From positions 421,273 to 485,272 of the forward strand of contig NMRA01000205.1 of NCBI GenBank assembly GCA_002633005.1: 64,000 nt of DNA, read 5' to 3'. A model generated the notes under the pieces. That model was not told the origin of the DNA and did not search any database. It saw nothing but the letters and a program-made list of their open reading frames with translations. This DNA is from Phoronis australis (lineage: Eukaryota; Animalia; Phoronida). A program made the translations under genes and the position numbers. Below, one piece after another: positions 24,776-37,749 of the stretch. The first letter of the stretch is position 1. Each line of letters starts with the position of its first letter.

Positions 24776-27449
24776 ATCTACACGAACGGAACAGCCAGGC
24801 TATATTAGTGTCAAGGTGTGTCATTTCAGTTATCATGAAAAGAATCCTACATAATGCCTCACCTGTCCGCCGGGTTTGGGAAAATCGACCGGTTCGCTAA
24901 CCTTAAATCCATCACTATTTTCAAAAAAGACCATCCCGCAGCGGCTTACGAATTCTGATAGTGATTTTTTAGCCCTGTGGTTCTTAGTGCCTCGGGTAGT
25001 CAGGTGCGACATTGTCCATCATGGCTGTAAACACTGAGCGAAAATAATATTTTTTTAAATTGTGGAGTGAACTGAACCATTTCAACTGGACGTACTCATC
25101 TCCTACATTTTACGTGGACCTCCCGTCCCCTTCAAATGAAAGATGGCAACTACGAGCTCTCGCGTTGCTCGATATCTGGCGGATGCGCAAACGCTTTCCA
25201 GTCGGCTCTCAATAACTTTGTACTCAGCATGCGACATTTATGGAGCTGACTAAGAGTGGCATGCGACGAAGTGCTTTGGTTTAAAAAAGATTAAAACTCG
25301 TTCTTCTCGGCGTCGTCCTGATACTTTACTCTTTGAAAAGAAAAATTGTCAGTGTCAAGTCTCAAATAATTATGCGCCGAAAATGGGTAAAACTAGGATG
25401 AATTGGGAGAGTTTCATGTAACATGAAAGTAATATAAACCATGAGTTCATATTGCATGTTTGAGACAGCTCAACTCTATTCAGTTTTATTCCGCCGGGTG
25501 ATGGCGGCTCACACCACGTCGCGAGCGTCAAAAGTTATTTGCGGCGGATACTGTCATCCTACTAAGCAGACGAGATTTTGACCATAAACGCCACCGTTGA
25601 GCGCTTTTACATCATGGCTCATACCGTGAATAATACTCTTACCTTACAAAGAAGCCACGCATTTCTAAAGATATGCGGGAATTTTCACCGCTCGTCCTTC
25701 TGAGCGGCTTGTACCAGGATCAAAGAGAGCGCATCGCCGAAATCAGGTACAATTGTGATGACCGCATAGCCCGATTCGAGTAAGATCCAATTGCATGTAA
25801 TTATCCTACCATAAACTGTATTAAACATCTCTGAATGTGCATAATGGCGAATTTTCAAAATGCATTAACCACTAATTTTCGTTATAAACGAACACCACAG
25901 CGGTATTCAGCTGAAAAAAACAACCAAATACGGTTTTCGATTTTTAAAAATCGATGAACTAGTAATCTAAAAACTACAACCATTGGGTACGATTGAAGAT
26001 AAAATACCGCGCGTATTGATATACTCGGTGGATATACAAACGCTGATCAGAGCTAACAATATCACATGGATTCATTTTTTAATATTCTTTCAATCTTGTT
26101 TAACCAGATTTTTGACCAGGAAACAGTTGTTGTGCCCACTTTTCATTTTCTCATTAGTATTACTGACAAAGAACTAGAATAGTTATATAGTCAGTGCCAC
26201 CGAAATTGTCCAGAGATTCCAAATCTTCAGTTTGGTTATCACCATATTTGCCCTTTTGTATATATTTTATGATTTGAGTTCTAATAAATGAAGATTAAGC
26301 TTTAATGACACGTGAAATGTTTAGTGTACCTGTAATGTGGTAAGTTTAGGGATGGCTCACAATGAACTTAACTAATTAAGTTTAGCTGGCGATCAAAATC
26401 TACCACTGTTTTGGTACTTCAAGTTCAAAACTTAGATAAAAAGTTATCAACCCGTTTCCGGTAAGAAAAAAAAATCAAGTGGGCAGAAGCATTAAAAATT
26501 AAATAAAGAAAACCAGTATGAAACTTATCGTTCCTTTGGGAAGTGTCCCTTTGTGAAGATAAACACAAGTTAACTTTTTTTGTCATTTCGTAATATTTAT
26601 AATGTACCAAGTTAAAATTACTCTCCAGAGTTGCTGGCTAAAACTCTGCAAATGTCAGAGAAAACCACTGCGGAAATAACAACAACCATTTGTTGAGAAA
26701 GTAATGCTAGCAATTCCCTTGCCACTTCACTTAGCTCAGATCTACCTCAATACAAAGCGCGTGCTAAATAGGCATCGTAAAAGTTGTCTGGGGCTTCGGG
26801 GAATCAGAGTAACCAGTGTAAGCGAGAAATTCTCCACATGTTGTGACAAGTAAGCCCCGCCGCAAAGACTCACTCAAATCACTCCACACAGCTTAGTGGA
26901 TGGATCAAGACTTGCATTTCATGAGTATTTTTTTTTCAGTTTGAAAATTTTTAACAGCATATTTGAATATTTTGTGCAAAGTACACTTGATTAGGTTTTT
27001 GAATTTTGTAGGCCTAATCGGATCAGAAGTTACTGTGACTCAAACTAAAAGGTACATGCCGAAGTGTGTTTGATGTACGCCAAAGCGTGACGGGAATGCC
27101 TTTTAAAACCCAGAATTCCCTTCATTTTCTGTGTAAGGAAGAAGTTGAGACCAGTATATGAAAGCGCCGGGTGAGTGGTGTGCGGAAGGGGCTCAAGCGG
27201 AACGAGACGTTGTTCGTGGCCCACTCAGCTTCAAGTTGGCAGGCGTAGATGCGCCGAGCCCATCGTTCGCAAGTTTTTTCAGTACATTCCAACCATGAAG
27301 AATATTTGAGAAAAATCAAATGGGTGGTGCTTCAAATACTACACCATCATCATGATGATTATTACAGTAAGAGTGATCATAGTATTCCAGCGTGGGCTTA
27401 GGATTGACGCATTTTCTCGAAAGACGTCGCTAGCTGCCGGACTAGAGCG

Positions 27450-28023
27450 CTCGCTGGTTCCCTGCGTGCCGCTAGGTGGGGCGGTAGCCGCGCCAGCACG
27501 CAGGTATCACTTAAGTTTCCTCTGTAATTTTTTTTACACCGGCGTTTCTGATTGGCTAGTCGATTCGTCAACAGGCAGCGCTTTGCGCAAACAAACTGGC
27601 ATGGCTGATGGACTGAAGTGAATGTGGTCTGTTGTACAGACAAACCGGTGCTTAAAATTATGTTCAGGAAATGTGAAGCCTAGAAATTGTGATTGAGCCC
27701 GGCTTTTCGGAATGCATCTTTCTACTGTCGATGACTTTTGTTTACGATAGTGTCCTTATACAGTATGAATAACACACCGTAATATGTGTTTATTGCGCAT
27801 GTATGCTTCAAGCACGCGGCTATTAAACATCACTGCACAAACGAAATAGTTGCTGCGACGCCACTTGCATGACAAGGCTAAAATCATTCACAGTCTGCCA
27901 TTTTTTTCATGGTGTTGTAAAGCTAACCAATGACTGCCAAGATTACATCGACCAATGCTAAAGCGCGTGCCACTGCGTGATACCTGCGTGCTGGCTGGGC
28001 TAAGCACGCAGGGAACCAGCGAG
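27450..28023. mobile_element. Mutator/MULE-like MITE with 9-bp TSD
   Basis: Perfect 20-bp TIR CTCGCTGGTTCCCTGCGTGC. TSD ACTAGAGCG at 27441-27449 and 28024-28032. Confidence 0.85.
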
Positions 28024-28186
28024 ACTAGAGCGTCGTCACTTACGAAATTGAGCGCTCTTTGTGGTGATTGCAAGAACTAGAAATTATACAATTTTTGATA
28101 CAACTTTTTTCATTGGATGGGGAATGTCACGTGAACAAAGAATGTCGCCGACAGGACATACAGACGACAGAGAGGGATTTTCATCG

Positions 28187-28350
28187 GTTGCCGAAGCAAT
28201 AAACCAATGTTATCACTCGTAAAACATCCGTAACGTGAAAAAGATGCCGTTTGATCCACGTTGTTATGAGCCAGTGAGTATTATTCACATATCCCTCGTC
28301 TTATGACCGCCCCGATTTGATGTGTAAATCCAGGTCATTTCTATGGTTGC
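28187..28350. promoter_or_regulatory. Putative TTLL2 promoter with two RFX X-box-like motifs
   Basis: GTTGCCGAAGCAAT (28187-28200) and CATTTCTATGGTTGC (28336-28350) lie in a CpG-containing stretch about 1.1 kb upstream of the acceptor at 29441. Both are imperfect matches. Confidence 0.35.
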
Positions 28351-29508
28351 GCGGACGCTTTTTGCCTCAGTCAATCACTCTGAGTGTGGAATCCTATATA
28401 GACTCCTTAACTGCCTAAAGCTGTCAAAACGAAGTTGACCTGTCCTTTTTATGCCAGTCACACACAGGAGATTGTCAATGGAATTCAATGGAAAATCTTG
28501 TGTAAATAATCAATCCAATGCCTGGTTACGTGGTGTGTAACTGCATGGTTCTCTACTACGGTAAATTAGGGAAAGTTATGGGATGGGCACTCAGAAACAA
28601 CATAGTAATCTATTATATGTTTGGGGCTTGAAAATAAACCACCCTAGCACTGCATGGCTGTATATCCGATACAATTTTTTAATCTTTTCATTCCGTTCAC
28701 AAAGCTTACCTCAATGCACATTACATGGTCAGCATGACAAAGCCATTGAGGCTGTTGGGTTATATTATTAGTTTGATGATGGGCCAGTCAGCAGGATACA
28801 CAAATTCTTACTAAGCTAGTTACAAGCATGTACATATTTAACGTTGAGGCAAAGGCTTGATGGCGCCATCACGGATTCAAGTAGAAACGAACTTGGATGA
28901 ACGTGTACGTTGGATGAGGTAATTGCGGTCGTAAACCAACATGCCTGTTTAGCATAAGAGTTTTAAAAGTCAAAAAATGAACATTGAGTAAGGCAAACAA
29001 CCAACCCTTTATAAAATTGAAAAGGAAATTTTGTATCCGCCTTTGAATTTGTAAAATCAATGCATTACAAGACAAATTAAATTAGTAAATAGGTTCTCTT
29101 CAGAGGCATGGCTAAAGCCACATACATGAATTTGTGAGTTGATGAGGACGAGTTAGTTTCAATATGACTCAGGCTCATTTGGATGTTGGTGCAGCAAAAC
29201 CTCAAATGTTAGCACAGGAATCTGACAGGTTGTGGAATGTTTCTGGTGTTATAGGGTGGAACTGTAACAATATTTTGATACAGTATTGGAGAGGTTCTTG
29301 CAGTGTAGTACCTTTGTTCAGTGCATTGATGTTAGTCTCTATACCAATAATGATTATTGATTATTGGTCACAAGTCATGACAATTCATGACACCTTGATC
29401 AATTAGTTACTTATGTTTAATTACTCTTTCTTATGTTTCAGCGATAGCATACAATCGAGGACTGAAACATCAAATGGAATCAAGCTTCTTGTCTAAAAGG
29501 TTTTCGCA

Positions 29509-31488
29509 ATGAACTTTGAGGATTCAGGCAAGCACCTTATTTTTCGTCTTAACGAGAATGGAGAGGGACCAGAGCTTGTGCGAAGTGTTTTTTTAGAAAG
29601 AGGTTGGCACGAATTTGATGAAGATGAACACGATGAGTATGAATGGAATATGTGGTGGAAAACGTCGCGTTTCCGGACGTCAGACCACGAGTATTTGATG
29701 CCATGGCAACGAATAAATCATTATCCCAAGTCTACGGCTATCACAAAGAAAGATTGCCTAGCCAGGAACATGAAGCGCATGGCAGCAGTTTATGGTAAAA
29801 GTGTCTTCAATTTCAGCCCCTGTTCCTATATATTGCCAAACGATTATACTCGGTTTGTCGCGGACTTTACCAGTTGGCAGAATAAAAATCCTGACAAACA
29901 ACAGTATTGGATATGTAAGCCGGCTGACATGTCACGAGGGAGAGGAATATTCCTGTTTAAAGACTTGTCTGATCTTATGTATGATTTTAATGCGGTCATT
30001 CAGAAATACTGTTGCAATCCATTGCTTATCTCAGGTTACAAGTTGGATCTTAGGATTTATGTATGCGTGACAAGTTTTTATCCGTTGAACATTTACATCT
30101 GCCAAGAAGGGCTTGCCAGATTTGGGACAGAGAAATTCGATTTAGGCTGTATAAACAACATATTCTCGCACTTGACCAACACTTCCATCAATAAGTTTAG
30201 TCCGACATATACGAGCGACAAAGAACGTGTTGGCTCAGGTTGCAAGTGGACGCTGACACAGTTACGTCATTACATGCATCAAGTGCACTTGGATGACACT
30301 GAGCTGTGGTCACGTGTCATATCTCTCATTATCATGACAGTTTTGTTGCAGGTGCCCCAGGTACCTAGTGTAACCAACTGTTTCGAGTTGTACGGATTCG
30401 ATATTCTCATAGACGAGAAACTCAAACCTTGGTTACTCGAGGTGAACTTTAGTCCGTCATTTAGCTATGACTGTAAGGCAGATGCCGATGTAAAGAAAGG
30501 ATTGATCCACGACATACTGGATTTGATGAACTTCCAAGAATCCGACTGTGAGCGAGGTGGTGAGGATTACCGCCAGCTACACTCGAATAGTGTTCGTGGT
30601 AGAACTCCCTTCAGTGGTATTTCTCACAGGTCCTCGCTTAGGAGTTCTAGTCATGGAAAGTCGTTTCGGCATTCAGTATCCAACAGTAAGCTGCCACGGA
30701 TCAGTCTTAGTGAGAGTATGAGTTCATCGCGCTCCACTCTCAGTCTTATGGAAGAGGAGGACCGGGAGAATGCCCATCCCCCGGCGTCTCTCACACCAGG
30801 TTGTGGCCTACCGTCAGTTCAGCATGCCTCTAGTCAGAGCATCAGTACCAGTGCTAGCTCTGGTTCGAGAAGTTGCCTTGGTTTATATGGTGGACATGCT
30901 GACCACTCACATGTTCATACAAACATTAAGTCATCCATTCGTGAGCAAAAAGGATATGAAAGAACTGGAGATGCTGAAGTCCTGAAGTCGGGTAGTGAAG
31001 TCAGTTCTAGCAAATCATTGTCGAAAAGGAGGGTAGTCGCTAAGAAAGACAGTAATTTTAAATCAGTTACTACTTCAGCAAAAAGTCGCAGTTTTATGGA
31101 ACTGGCTCCACATTCGTCTGTTATTTTGCCTTCGAAGAGACAAGGCCTGAAAAAAACGTATTCATCCAAGAAAAGCAATGCAAGATCGAGACCATGGCGA
31201 CAGGTTCCGAAAAAATCTGCAGCTTCTGTGAAAACGCCACAGGAAAATGCTGGACCAGTCAAACGTGCCGGTAATTTCTTCCTCGTATTCCCCTTTAATG
31301 ACACCACCCAGCACCTGACGAGGCTGGCAACATTTGACATGCGAAGTGCCATCAAGGAAACGCAGAAACAGTTGAAACAAAGGATAGCGCTCGTCAAGGT
31401 GAATCAAAACAATCCAACAACATTGTCGGAGATGCTATGGCCGCCTTTGATAATTGGAGGTAAGTGGGAAAGTTCTATACATGTATAG
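29509..31488 (+). CDS. TTLL2: Probable tubulin polyglutamylase TTLL2, 659 aa, single coding exon
   Basis: Uninterrupted ORF with TTL ATP-grasp motifs (WICKPADMSRGRGI, QKY, DLRIYV, HLTNTSIN, FELYGFDILID, WLLEVNFSPS) and TTLL2-like segments (PWQRINHYP, ILPNDYTRFVA, GSGCKWTL, C-terminal GNFFLVFPFN). A splice acceptor tttcag ending at 29441 implies an upstream UTR exon. AATAAA lies at 31494-31499. Confidence 0.92.
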   Translation: MNFEDSGKHLIFRLNENGEGPELVRSVFLERGWHEFDEDEHDEYEWNMWWKTSRFRTSDHEYLMPWQRINHYPKSTAITKKDCLARNMKRMAAVYGKSVFNFSPCSYILPNDYTRFVADFTSWQNKNPDKQQYWICKPADMSRGRGIFLFKDLSDLMYDFNAVIQKYCCNPLLISGYKLDLRIYVCVTSFYPLNIYICQEGLARFGTEKFDLGCINNIFSHLTNTSINKFSPTYTSDKERVGSGCKWTLTQLRHYMHQVHLDDTELWSRVISLIIMTVLLQVPQVPSVTNCFELYGFDILIDEKLKPWLLEVNFSPSFSYDCKADADVKKGLIHDILDLMNFQESDCERGGEDYRQLHSNSVRGRTPFSGISHRSSLRSSSHGKSFRHSVSNSKLPRISLSESMSSSRSTLSLMEEEDRENAHPPASLTPGCGLPSVQHASSQSISTSASSGSRSCLGLYGGHADHSHVHTNIKSSIREQKGYERTGDAEVLKSGSEVSSSKSLSKRRVVAKKDSNFKSVTTSAKSRSFMELAPHSSVILPSKRQGLKKTYSSKKSNARSRPWRQVPKKSAASVKTPQENAGPVKRAGNFFLVFPFNDTTQHLTRLATFDMRSAIKETQKQLKQRIALVKVNQNNPTTLSEMLWPPLIIGGKWESSIHV

Positions 31489-32621
31489 TTTGCAATAAAT
31501 TCTCTTCAATTTTCAACCAGATTAGTTGCCAAAATTTCTTTTTTTATTTTTCAAGTGTTTCTGACATTGTAACCCATAATTTTTCAGACTATTGTCTGGT
31601 GATAGCTTTGATACAGAAATTGAACATGTTAAAAATTCAATTTGATACTTTATACTTAAACGAAGAAATTATGAAGATGTAATTTCACTTGTTAGCCATA
31701 TCATATTCCTACATTGGTGGGGTTGTGCTGCTTATTAGATTTTCTTTTTATAGCCAAATTGCCAAGTTAAGCTCTCGACTACAATCATTCCAACTAGTAC
31801 AAAATGAAAAAAAACATTCTCAAATCATGATCATGTTTAAAGTCTTCATGATTTCTTTGATACATTGCGAGTTTCACCTGGTTTCCTATACAACAGGTGT
31901 TTTACCCATTTTAAAGTAATTAAAAGTCCGAATGACAATTTTCAGAGCTATTTCTTTAGCAATGAAAGCTCGTTATCCCATAAGTGCTTTTTATTTGCAA
32001 ACATTCTCTCCTTAGAAACCGAAGAAATGTAAACATGTAGTCGGTTTTGATGACTCTTAGCGGGGTTTCCTTTAATTTTCTTTACAAATATTGACTTAAA
32101 TGCCAGGATGTTGATATGAGTTAACTCCCCCATTATCCTTCTGTTGGCATTAGATCTGCTGGGCATGCAAATACACTATTGACACTGAATTATCTCGTCA
32201 GAAATGTTGGGTTGAGCTGAAGGTTAGATTTCCACTCCAATGGTTTCTGCAACTTAATGTTTTAATGCGACTTTAAGTCACCTGATGGATAGAAAAACAT
32301 GTGTTGGCAGGCACCACACAGGTGGTGATGTCATGGTCACCGTCATGCAAACTTGGTGTTTGTTGATTTCGCAAAAATATAAGTGTGTAAGTTGCTTACT
32401 ATATTGGTAGACAGCTACTGCACTGTACGTACATAGTTTACACTCAAAAGGGTTTGAGTCTTGGTAATAATATTGGAAGAATGCAAAAGAATGGAAAGGA
32501 AATATTTTGAATTGCGCTAAAACCTCGCCAATTTTGGGAAAAAAATAATTGCCTCTTTCATAGGCTTCAGCTGCTGTGAATGCCCACCATTTCTCAAACC
32601 ATTGTCTGTATGTGAAATACT

Positions 32622-32898
32622 TACCCGGATTTTCGATTGATAAGCCCACCCATGAAAATTATGTTGGTGTTACAAATTCTGGTGTCAAGTGTTGGCAAAC
32701 TGTGTATTTATTTAACTTAAAATTAAAAAGCCTTCTTATGAAAAAAATATTTTCAGTCAGTCAAGGCTATGACTTCATTTATACACCCCTCCCCCTTTTC
32801 GAAATAAAAGCCTGAACATTTACTTGGTGTTACTAAAATGCCTGAAAATTTTGATTTTTCGAATACTCCCATGGGCTTATCCATTGAAAGCCCTGGTA
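32622..32898. mobile_element. Degenerate MITE
   Basis: Imperfect inverted ends TACCCGGATTTTCGATTGATAAGCCCA and TGGGCTTATCCATTGAAAGCCCTGGTA. Confidence 0.5.
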
Positions 32899-33334
32899 TA
32901 AATGGAGAAGCATTTATTTGGTGCTACTTGTTTTTTATCAGTATTGTGTTCTAAATTGATAAGATTGAGTTGAGTTAAGCCTGCTTCATGGCGCTGCACA
33001 TTCACTTCCAATTGGCTGATTTCCACACAGTATAGACCTTGCATTACCTAGAGCAGGGCTAACCATCGTATGTTTCTGGTTTGAATTATCACTTTCACCT
33101 AGCAAGTAATTTTAACAAAATGGCTACTGATTTACAGTAAATGTTATTCAGTAAAATATTTCCTATTATTTCCATTTTTCAGTGGCTATTTACTGTTTGA
33201 TATATTTGCCTTTTCTTGTATTGTTTTGGTGCAGATATTTTACTGCAGCAATGTATGCCAACCAAAATCGTAAAGAATGGTTTCACATCAGCTCTTCGTG
33301 TCACAGTTTTTCCCTTTCTCTCTCTTTCTCTCCC

Positions 33335-33886
33335 TCCCTCCCTCCCCTACACCTCTGCGCCTCCCTATACCTCTGTCCCTCCCCCTACACCTGTGTCCCT
33401 CCCTACACCTCTGCGNNNNNNNNNNNNNNNNNNNNNNNNNNNNNNNNNNNNNNNNNNNNNNNNNNNNNNNNNNNNNNNNNNNNNNNNNNNNNNNNNNNNN
33501 NNNNNNNNNNNNNNNNNNNNNNNNNNNNNNNNNNNNNNNNNNNNNNNNNNNNNNNNNNNNNNNNNNNNNNNNNNNNNNNNNNNNNNNNNNNNNNNNNNNN
33601 NNNNNNNNNNNNNNNNNNNNNNNNNNNNNNNNNNNNNNNNNNNNNNNNNNNNNNNNNNNNNNNNNNNNNNNNNNNNNNNNNNNNNNNNNNNNNNNNNNNN
33701 NNNNNNNNNNNNNNNNNNNNNNNNNNNNNNNNNNNNNNNNNNNNNNNNNNNNNNNNCCTCTGTCCCTCCCCTACACCTCTGTCCCTCCCTATACCTCTGT
33801 CCCTCCCCTACACCTCTGTCCCTCCCCTACACCTCTGTCCCTCCCCTATACCTCTGTCCCTACCCTATACCTCTGTCCCTCCCACT
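33335..33886. repeat. 18-19 bp minisatellite (CCTCTGTCCCTCCCCTACA)n spanning an N gap
   Basis: Units are visible on both sides of the gap at 33416-33756. Confidence 0.95.
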
Positions 33887-34026
33887 CATAAACATAAAAT
33901 TAGTGCTGGTGGTTTAATACAAGTTGCATCAGAGTGATGCCCAAGCTGCTCAGCCTGGTCCATTGCACCATACACCCAAAACCATTTTATATACACATAC
34001 AACACATAAAAATTTTACACAATATA

Positions 34027-34152
34027 CACTGACTAAGATTCAGCTGTGGGTCAGCTAGAGACTCAATGGTCTAGACGTGGGGTCATTATGGGATTTGAAT
34101 CCGTGACCTTGAGAAGAGGAGACGAACACTCAAGCCACTGGGGCGTGCTGCC
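34027..34152 (-). mobile_element. tRNA-derived SINE relic
   Basis: The minus strand reads GGCAGCACGCCCCAGTGGCTTGAGTG...AAGGTCACGGATTCAAATCCC, with A-box-like and B-box-like motifs at tRNA spacing and no complete cloverleaf. Confidence 0.55.
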
Positions 34153-35230
34153 TCTTCTTTCTCATAAATGTAGGTGTGCTCGATTTACATGGTGAGTGTG
34201 TTGCACTGTATTACAATTAGCAACAATTTGTGGCTGATACCTGGAGCCTGTTTTATATTTTTCTCAAAACTTTCTTTTGCTTCTTACAAGAATGAAACAT
34301 GACTATGTTCTAATCACTAATAGTATTGCATAACTTGGCTCTTCTAGGAAGTCGTTGAAATGGAGAGAAAAGGTCGTTGAAATGGTGAGAAAAGGTCGCT
34401 ATTTGGATGGACAACATGATATGGTGCTCATTTATAATTTGAAGTGATTTATTATTCAAGTGATTTATTATTCAAGTGATTGAAAATGTTGTGTTGTTAA
34501 GTTTGGAAATCCACTACTTGGTTGAAATCACAATGTGCATGCCAGTGTGGTTAAGAATTTAACTTAGCCTATAATGTGTAAGTCATTGGGAGATTTGGGG
34601 TTTTTTTAGAAAAGTTCGTTAATTAATTATATTGGATAGTGTAATACCCTGATTTTGTGAATTTTCCCAAGGTGAAATCTCGCTCTGATATGGAAAACTA
34701 GTGAAATTTTATTTTCCAGTACCTTTGAAAGTTGAAAAAATTGATCGTTTCTACCTGTAGGATTCTTGTTAAGAGTGGTGTACGTGTAATGCAGTTGTGT
34801 TCAAAGCAAAAGCTAGATGAAACTAAGTCGTACACTCCATAGGTATTTTAATTAGCTAAGTCTACTGCACATTTTTTCAAGCATAACGAAAGGTACCATT
34901 CATGCATGTGAATTCCATGTAGATCTGTGGTATACCTTCAATAGTGTTGGAGAATTTAAATTCACTCCACCACTGGATCTAGCATTCAAAGTTCACCAAG
35001 GAGTGTCTTAATTGAATTATTTTCTGAATACCACCTTAAAGATATTAAATAGCTGCCAAGAAGTTTTCTTTTATTGATCAAGCAGTGCAAAGAATAGCAG
35101 CATTGTCCAGTGGAAAGTGCCCAGGTGTATAGCAACAATTTAATTGTGTGGGAATCTAAATGGATTGTGTAAGTTTCCTGTTTAAATGGGTTTAATTCAG
35201 TACTAATGTACCAATGCATGATCACCCATG

Positions 35231-35442
35231 CATGCGCTCACCCAACCTCTCATATGGGGGGGCTCGAATTTCCGACGATTGTGTACCTTTAACTGACAAA
35301 AAACCCGAAGGACTAAAAAAAAACTAGGGTACCACGTCTTTTTGTCTCGTTTTGTTGGACTTTTTGTGTCTCTGAGGCGGACCTTTTTGTCCACTTCGCC
35401 AAATGGGGGGGGCTCATTTGAGCCCCCCTGGGTGCGCGCATG
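35231..35442. mobile_element. Second copy of the CATGCG-terminal MITE family
   Basis: CATGCGCTCACCC...GGGTGCGCGCATG shares GGGGGCTCGAATTT, GGCGGACCTTTTTG and TTCGCCAAAT with 12108-12366. No clear TSD. Confidence 0.7.
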
Positions 35443-37647
35443 CTTTGTTGTGTAGTCCACACCACACCTATATCAAGCTGTCTACTGTATTGTACCTTAT
35501 TGTTTCATAGCTGCATTTTCACTTTCCTAATCGTGTGAGAGACATTCTTGCTTCAGTTTGGGATGCTAGAAACTTGTTAGGAAAAAGTGCGATTTTTACA
35601 TTTTTTGTTCAAGATAATGTTGTTTTTATAGATGAAGAAACATTTATGCCTGTTGTTCTCAAGAACTGGGTGTTCTAATCGATTCAAAAGCATGGTGAGA
35701 ATATCTGATTTTGAGGCATAATTCATTTCTCATTGTCCTAAGTTTAAGAAATTTTACTGACACTCAACATTGAATTTGTTAGACCAAGAGAGGTGATTGA
35801 GTTTTTTCATGGTCCGTGGAGTATTGTCATTTAGTTCTGAGTTGCAAGTCGGTGAAATTATGAAAATTCAGTAAATTTGTGGAACCTGAAACACCAATTG
35901 TGCATATAAAGATATTTTGATAAAGCTGTTTTATGTATTATGGAATGATAACTTTATAAGTTCATTAGTTTTCATCTATATTTTTAATTTTATGTTACCA
36001 TCTCTGTGGCAACATTCACAGAAGCTATGTGCAGCTGCACTCAATGTAAGATTTGCGATTGTCAGAAATAGCTTTAAATTGCTGCTGTTGAGTGTCCTTG
36101 TGATAGAATCTTCAGTAGACATTACTTCTTGTGTAGCATCCCCCTACCCATTATACTGGGAGGGGAGCCACGCGCAGACTTGTGCAACTTGGTTGAAGTT
36201 TTGATGCTGGACTTTTTAAGCGTTTACTGTGTGTCCAGTCCCTTGAAATAAGTGGTTAGAATTTGTATGAGGGTAAACATTCTTGTTCATGTTATGTGTT
36301 AACGTTTTTGTAAGCTACCATTTGTTGAATGTCAAAATGGTAAAATCTCGCCAATTTTGTACAAAAATAATTGCCAAAGGAGCACGTTTTCATTTTTCTC
36401 AGGCTTCTTGTGAGCATCATTTAGTACCATGCATCACTTATGAACAAATGAGAAAATAAAATTTGTCCTCCATAAGGTGTCCCTAATTGGTGAGATTCTA
36501 TCGCCTACATGTGATTAAGGTGTGCATCTGTGCTTTCGTTTCTGTGTGCTTTCTTTGTTGGCTGCATTATTGAGTGCTATTATGATACCTTGTGATTGCT
36601 ATTTTGCATACGTTTCTATGCAATACAACTATGCAAATATCTATGCTTACGTTGGATTATTGTCATGGGGATGTACTTGTACAGTCTAACCTCATTACAA
36701 GCAACGGCTCCCAAGTTCGATTGAAGACATTTGTTGTAACCGAGACTCTTTGTACCGGAATCGACTTTTTAGAGGGAATGAAAACCGTAGAATATTAGTA
36801 CAAGCGTTGGCTTTTTAATGGTAGATATACAAAGTTAACGTGGTCCACTGCACATGTGCAGGAAAACTCACATAAGTCAGCTCATGTAAGATAGATCTGT
36901 TACAACCTCAGACCAAGTTCTGCATTTCGGTTGGTAGGGCATATCGTGTACCTGGCCACATGCAGCCAATCATGTGCTTGTGCGTCACACGCTCTGCACA
37001 AATATGAAATCTAAGTGTTCATGCGTGATCAAGTTTTAGACTCAGTTTGCTCTAAATCTAAAGTTAGTGGTTAGTTACCCACTGGACATCGAAATTGGAA
37101 TATTATAACTTACCTTGTGAATGTAGTATCCATGTTCATTGAAAACTGTGTGTAGAAAGGATATTTTGCATTTGAGAAAAATGGAACGGGACATTAGAAA
37201 TGAAGCAAAGGTTATAAACAGGGTTTGTTGTAACACGATTGGACTGCGTGGGCAGCAGAGTAATCCCCCAAAAACATACAAAGTCATGATAGGGGCTTGG
37301 TGTGACTGTTGCTTTAGTTACTAAACATGATTTTTGAAAGAAAATTAAAGGTTCATCTAAACTCCTTTATGGTGTTAGTATGTCGTCATCTGATTTTTCA
37401 TACTATGCCGTGTAAATCAACCTCTTTCAAAATTAAATGTACCATGTATTATCACAAAATAAATAAGTAATGCTGCTAACTTGAATTAGTTTGGTGTCAA
37501 CCCAAAAGATGGCACTGTGTGTATAATTCAAAGGCAGCGGTTGTCCAGGCTATCCACAACGTCATTGCCAAATTGCTGTTTTTTTGTATTTATGAATAGT
37601 TGTACACTACAATTGGACAACCTAAATTCCGGCCTTTGTGTGCAGCA

Positions 37648-37749
37648 ATAGTCAGATAACGTGCCCGTATTTTAAGAACCAGTTTTATGCCCATTATTCA
37701 GTGGAGAAAACTGGTTCTCAAAATTCGGGCACGTTATATCAGACCATTA
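37648..37749. mobile_element. Hairpin (palindromic) insertion flanked by a 15-bp direct repeat
   Basis: Arms ATAACGTGCCCGTATTTTAAGAACCAGTTTT and AAAACTGGTTCTCAAAATTCGGGCACGTTAT. CCTTTGTGTGCAGCA occurs at 37633-37647 and 37750-37764. Confidence 0.8.

Noticed and set aside
25143-25290. RCSISGGCAN as another THAP start
   Set aside because: No downstream THAP motifs are recoverable in any frame I could follow.
30915-31407. Antisense ORFs of 160 and 81 aa within TTLL2
   Set aside because: These are shadow frames of a real CDS with no independent motifs.
33182-33937. Long ORFs of 204-251 aa
   Set aside because: They are artefacts of the N gap and the stop-free minisatellite.
34352-34482. Short 22-bp and 16-bp tandem duplications (similar 21-bp case at about 20341-20387)
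   Set aside because: These are ordinary slippage duplications.
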